This document shows positions 17,877 through 19,424 of a stretch of DNA of 19,424 nt, piece by piece. The translations under genes and the position numbers were made by a program. Below the pieces are notes generated by a model. It did no database searches. It was not told the DNA's origin and saw nothing but the letters and a program-made list of their open reading frames with translations. Each line of letters opens with the position of its first letter. Position 1 is the stretch's first letter. This DNA comes from Promethearchaeota archaeon (lineage in GTDB: Archaea > Asgardarchaeota > Lokiarchaeia > Sigyniarchaeales > SOKP01), in assembly GCA_019057865.1 (NCBI GenBank), contig JAHLWP010000055.1, forward strand, positions 1 to 19,424. Direction: 5' to 3'.

Positions 17877-18929
17877 TTAATTTGGATATGAAACATTACT
17901 AACAGCAAAATCAGCATCTACCATTCCATACCCATATTCTTCATCCCATCCAGTAGGTCCCAAATCTATAACGTTTTCACTATTAAATAAAATATCTCGA
18001 ATTTGGTCTGGAGTTAAATTTGGATTTTTTGAGAGCATAAGAGCACATATACCTGCTACAATGGGACATGCAAGTGAGGTCCCGCTATCTGTAACCCATG
18101 TATCAGATTTACCCGTAGTCATAATATTTACTCCTGGAGCTACAAGGTCAAGTCCCTGTCCATAACAACTACCCCAAGTCCCTGTGTTCGATAAATTTGC
18201 TCTGAAAAGATCACTGTTTACGGCACCAACCGCTATTACTTTTGGATGACTAGCTGGAAACATTACATTAGTAGGCCACCCTTTATAATAATTTCCCGAT
18301 CCTGCCACAAGAACGATACCTGCATCATACGCTTTGTTTAATGTGACATTTAAAAAGTCAATTTCCTCAAACCCACCAAAACTCATCGAGACAATATCCA
18401 TTTCGTTTTCAATTGCCCAATGGAGGGATTTATTAATATACTCAGCGTCGGCCCATCCTAATGGATCTATCACGCGAAGTACATAGAGGTTTATTCTTGG
18501 AGCGATCCCAATATATCCTACTTCGTTATCTTCCATTGCAATTGTTCCAGCAACATGAGTCCCATGATAATTACCACCTTCTTCCATAGGATCATTATCA
18601 GGTTTTACATAATCCCAACCACCTGCATAATTATCATCTAAATCTAGATGAGTGTAATTACATCCGGTATCGATAATACATACGTTTATACCGCCTCCGT
18701 GTATAGCGGTATTCACATCTTTTGCATCCTCGAAACCTCCCCAAACTATTTCTGCATTTACAACATCGCACCACCACGCAAGATTATCTTCTGTGGGAGG
18801 GGGAGGGGGAGGGGATGGAGGGCGTGGGTGGGGGAAAACTGCTGAAACTCCATAACTCGTAAATATACCAATGGAAAAAAAGGAAAGAAATACTAATAAA
18901 ATAGTACTTAGATAAAGTTTTTTCATCAT
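17877..18929 (-). CDS. Secreted S8 subtilisin-like serine peptidase with poly-Pro linker
   Basis: IIDTG (Asp), HGTHVAG (His), GSGN (oxyanion Asn), SGTSLACP (Ser), YGYGMVDA; signal peptide; GGTGAT SD. Confidence 0.96.
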   Translation of the reverse strand: MMKKLYLSTILLVFLSFFSIGIFTSYGVSAVFPHPRPPSPPPPPPTEDNLAWWCDVVNAEIVWGGFEDAKDVNTAIHGGGINVCIIDTGCNYTHLDLDDNYAGGWDYVKPDNDPMEEGGNYHGTHVAGTIAMEDNEVGYIGIAPRINLYVLRVIDPLGWADAEYINKSLHWAIENEMDIVSMSFGGFEEIDFLNVTLNKAYDAGIVLVAGSGNYYKGWPTNVMFPASHPKVIAVGAVNSDLFRANLSNTGTWGSCYGQGLDLVAPGVNIMTTGKSDTWVTDSGTSLACPIVAGICALMLSKNPNLTPDQIRDILFNSENVIDLGPTGWDEEYGYGMVDADFAVSNVSYPN

Positions 18930-19049
18930 ATCACCCTTTTAAATCTTTAAAATTAAATAAAAAATCTATTTTGGATTTTTAATAAATTTCTGTTATTTAA
19001 AAAAGCATTCAGATTTGTATTTAAATCTTATCTCTCTGAGATTTTTTTA

Positions 19050-19322
19050 GGTTTAATAAAAAAGATAAAAACATTACCGAATAAACAAAAGTTAAGGGAT
19101 CTTTTTGGCGAATTATCTAATTATGTTCACGCATCTTATGAAGAGTCTAAACCTTTTATTGATGCAACATCTAAGAAGGATGTTATTGATAGCCTTAAAT
19201 ATAATAGATATGATGAGACTTTACTAAAAAAATGTATAGATAAATGTATAGAAGTAAGTGATAAAATAATTGAAATACATGAAGATTTTGAAAAAAAATA
19301 TTTAAACATTTTAAATTCATAA
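19050..19322 (+). pseudogene. 3' fragment of a HEPN-like helical protein (LSxYVH type)
   Basis: Hand translation: GLIKKIKTLPNKQKLRDLFGELSNYVHASYEESKPF...YDETLLKKCIDKCIEVSDKIIEIHEDFEKKYLNILNS*; no ATG/GTG/TTG in frame. Confidence 0.65.
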
Positions 19323-19424
19323 TAGACACTTAATTTAGATTTTGATCTTTAATTAAATTGATTGACTCATCTTGCTTAATTGAACTTTTTCCTTTAAAAT
19401 GGCATATCTCCTGAATATATCTCT

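Noticed and set aside
18794-18834. G-rich tract as a regulatory G-quadruplex
   Set aside because: Fully explained by the poly-proline codons of the subtilase on the - strand.
663-18845. ORFs 663-908, 2380-2640, 7814-7996, 8649-8873, 9845-10150, 11905-12108, 11966-12235, 13775-14065, 15870-16148, 17229-17438 and 18648-18845
   Set aside because: They overlap better-supported genes or have the low-complexity F/I/L/N composition typical of AT-rich non-coding frames.
1-19424. Integron-like cassette array or IS element explaining the patchwork
   Set aside because: I saw no recurring intergenic recombination site, integrase or transposase by eye, and gene orientations are mixed. A self dot-plot would be the proper test.

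Overview
Very AT-rich archaeal DNA, most likely Asgard (Lokiarchaeia/Promethearchaeia). This is inferred from a Loki-CTERM-type anchor, a MetOD1/V4R-like protein, a TFB-like cyclin paralog, a coiled-coil Zn-ribbon protein and GGTGA Shine-Dalgarno motifs. I found no housekeeping genes, rRNA, tRNA, CRISPR array or transposase. The window is an accessory, heavily rearranged patchwork. Apparently intact genes include a DUF285/BspA-type surface protein with 11.5 x 75-bp repeats, a secreted caspase-fold protease, a propeptide-less subtilase, a Schlafen/AlbA_2 protein, a HEPN-motif protein, a YkgJ cysteine-cluster protein, and small wHTH, RHH and Zn-ribbon genes. They are interleaved with at least 8 gene fragments or pseudogenes: two TPR, NYN, HNH-like, alpha/beta hydrolase, HEPN-like, and two pieces of one unknown family. 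The most notable unexplained signals are (i) a ~125-nt multi-hairpin element at 8170-8294, (ii) two homologous remnants of an unknown family with a degenerate Cas4/RecB-like N-terminus, (iii) a concentration of RNase/nuclease effector domains, and (iv) two unrelated secreted proteases with a similar Pro-rich leader. All family calls come from manual motif recognition, not database searches.
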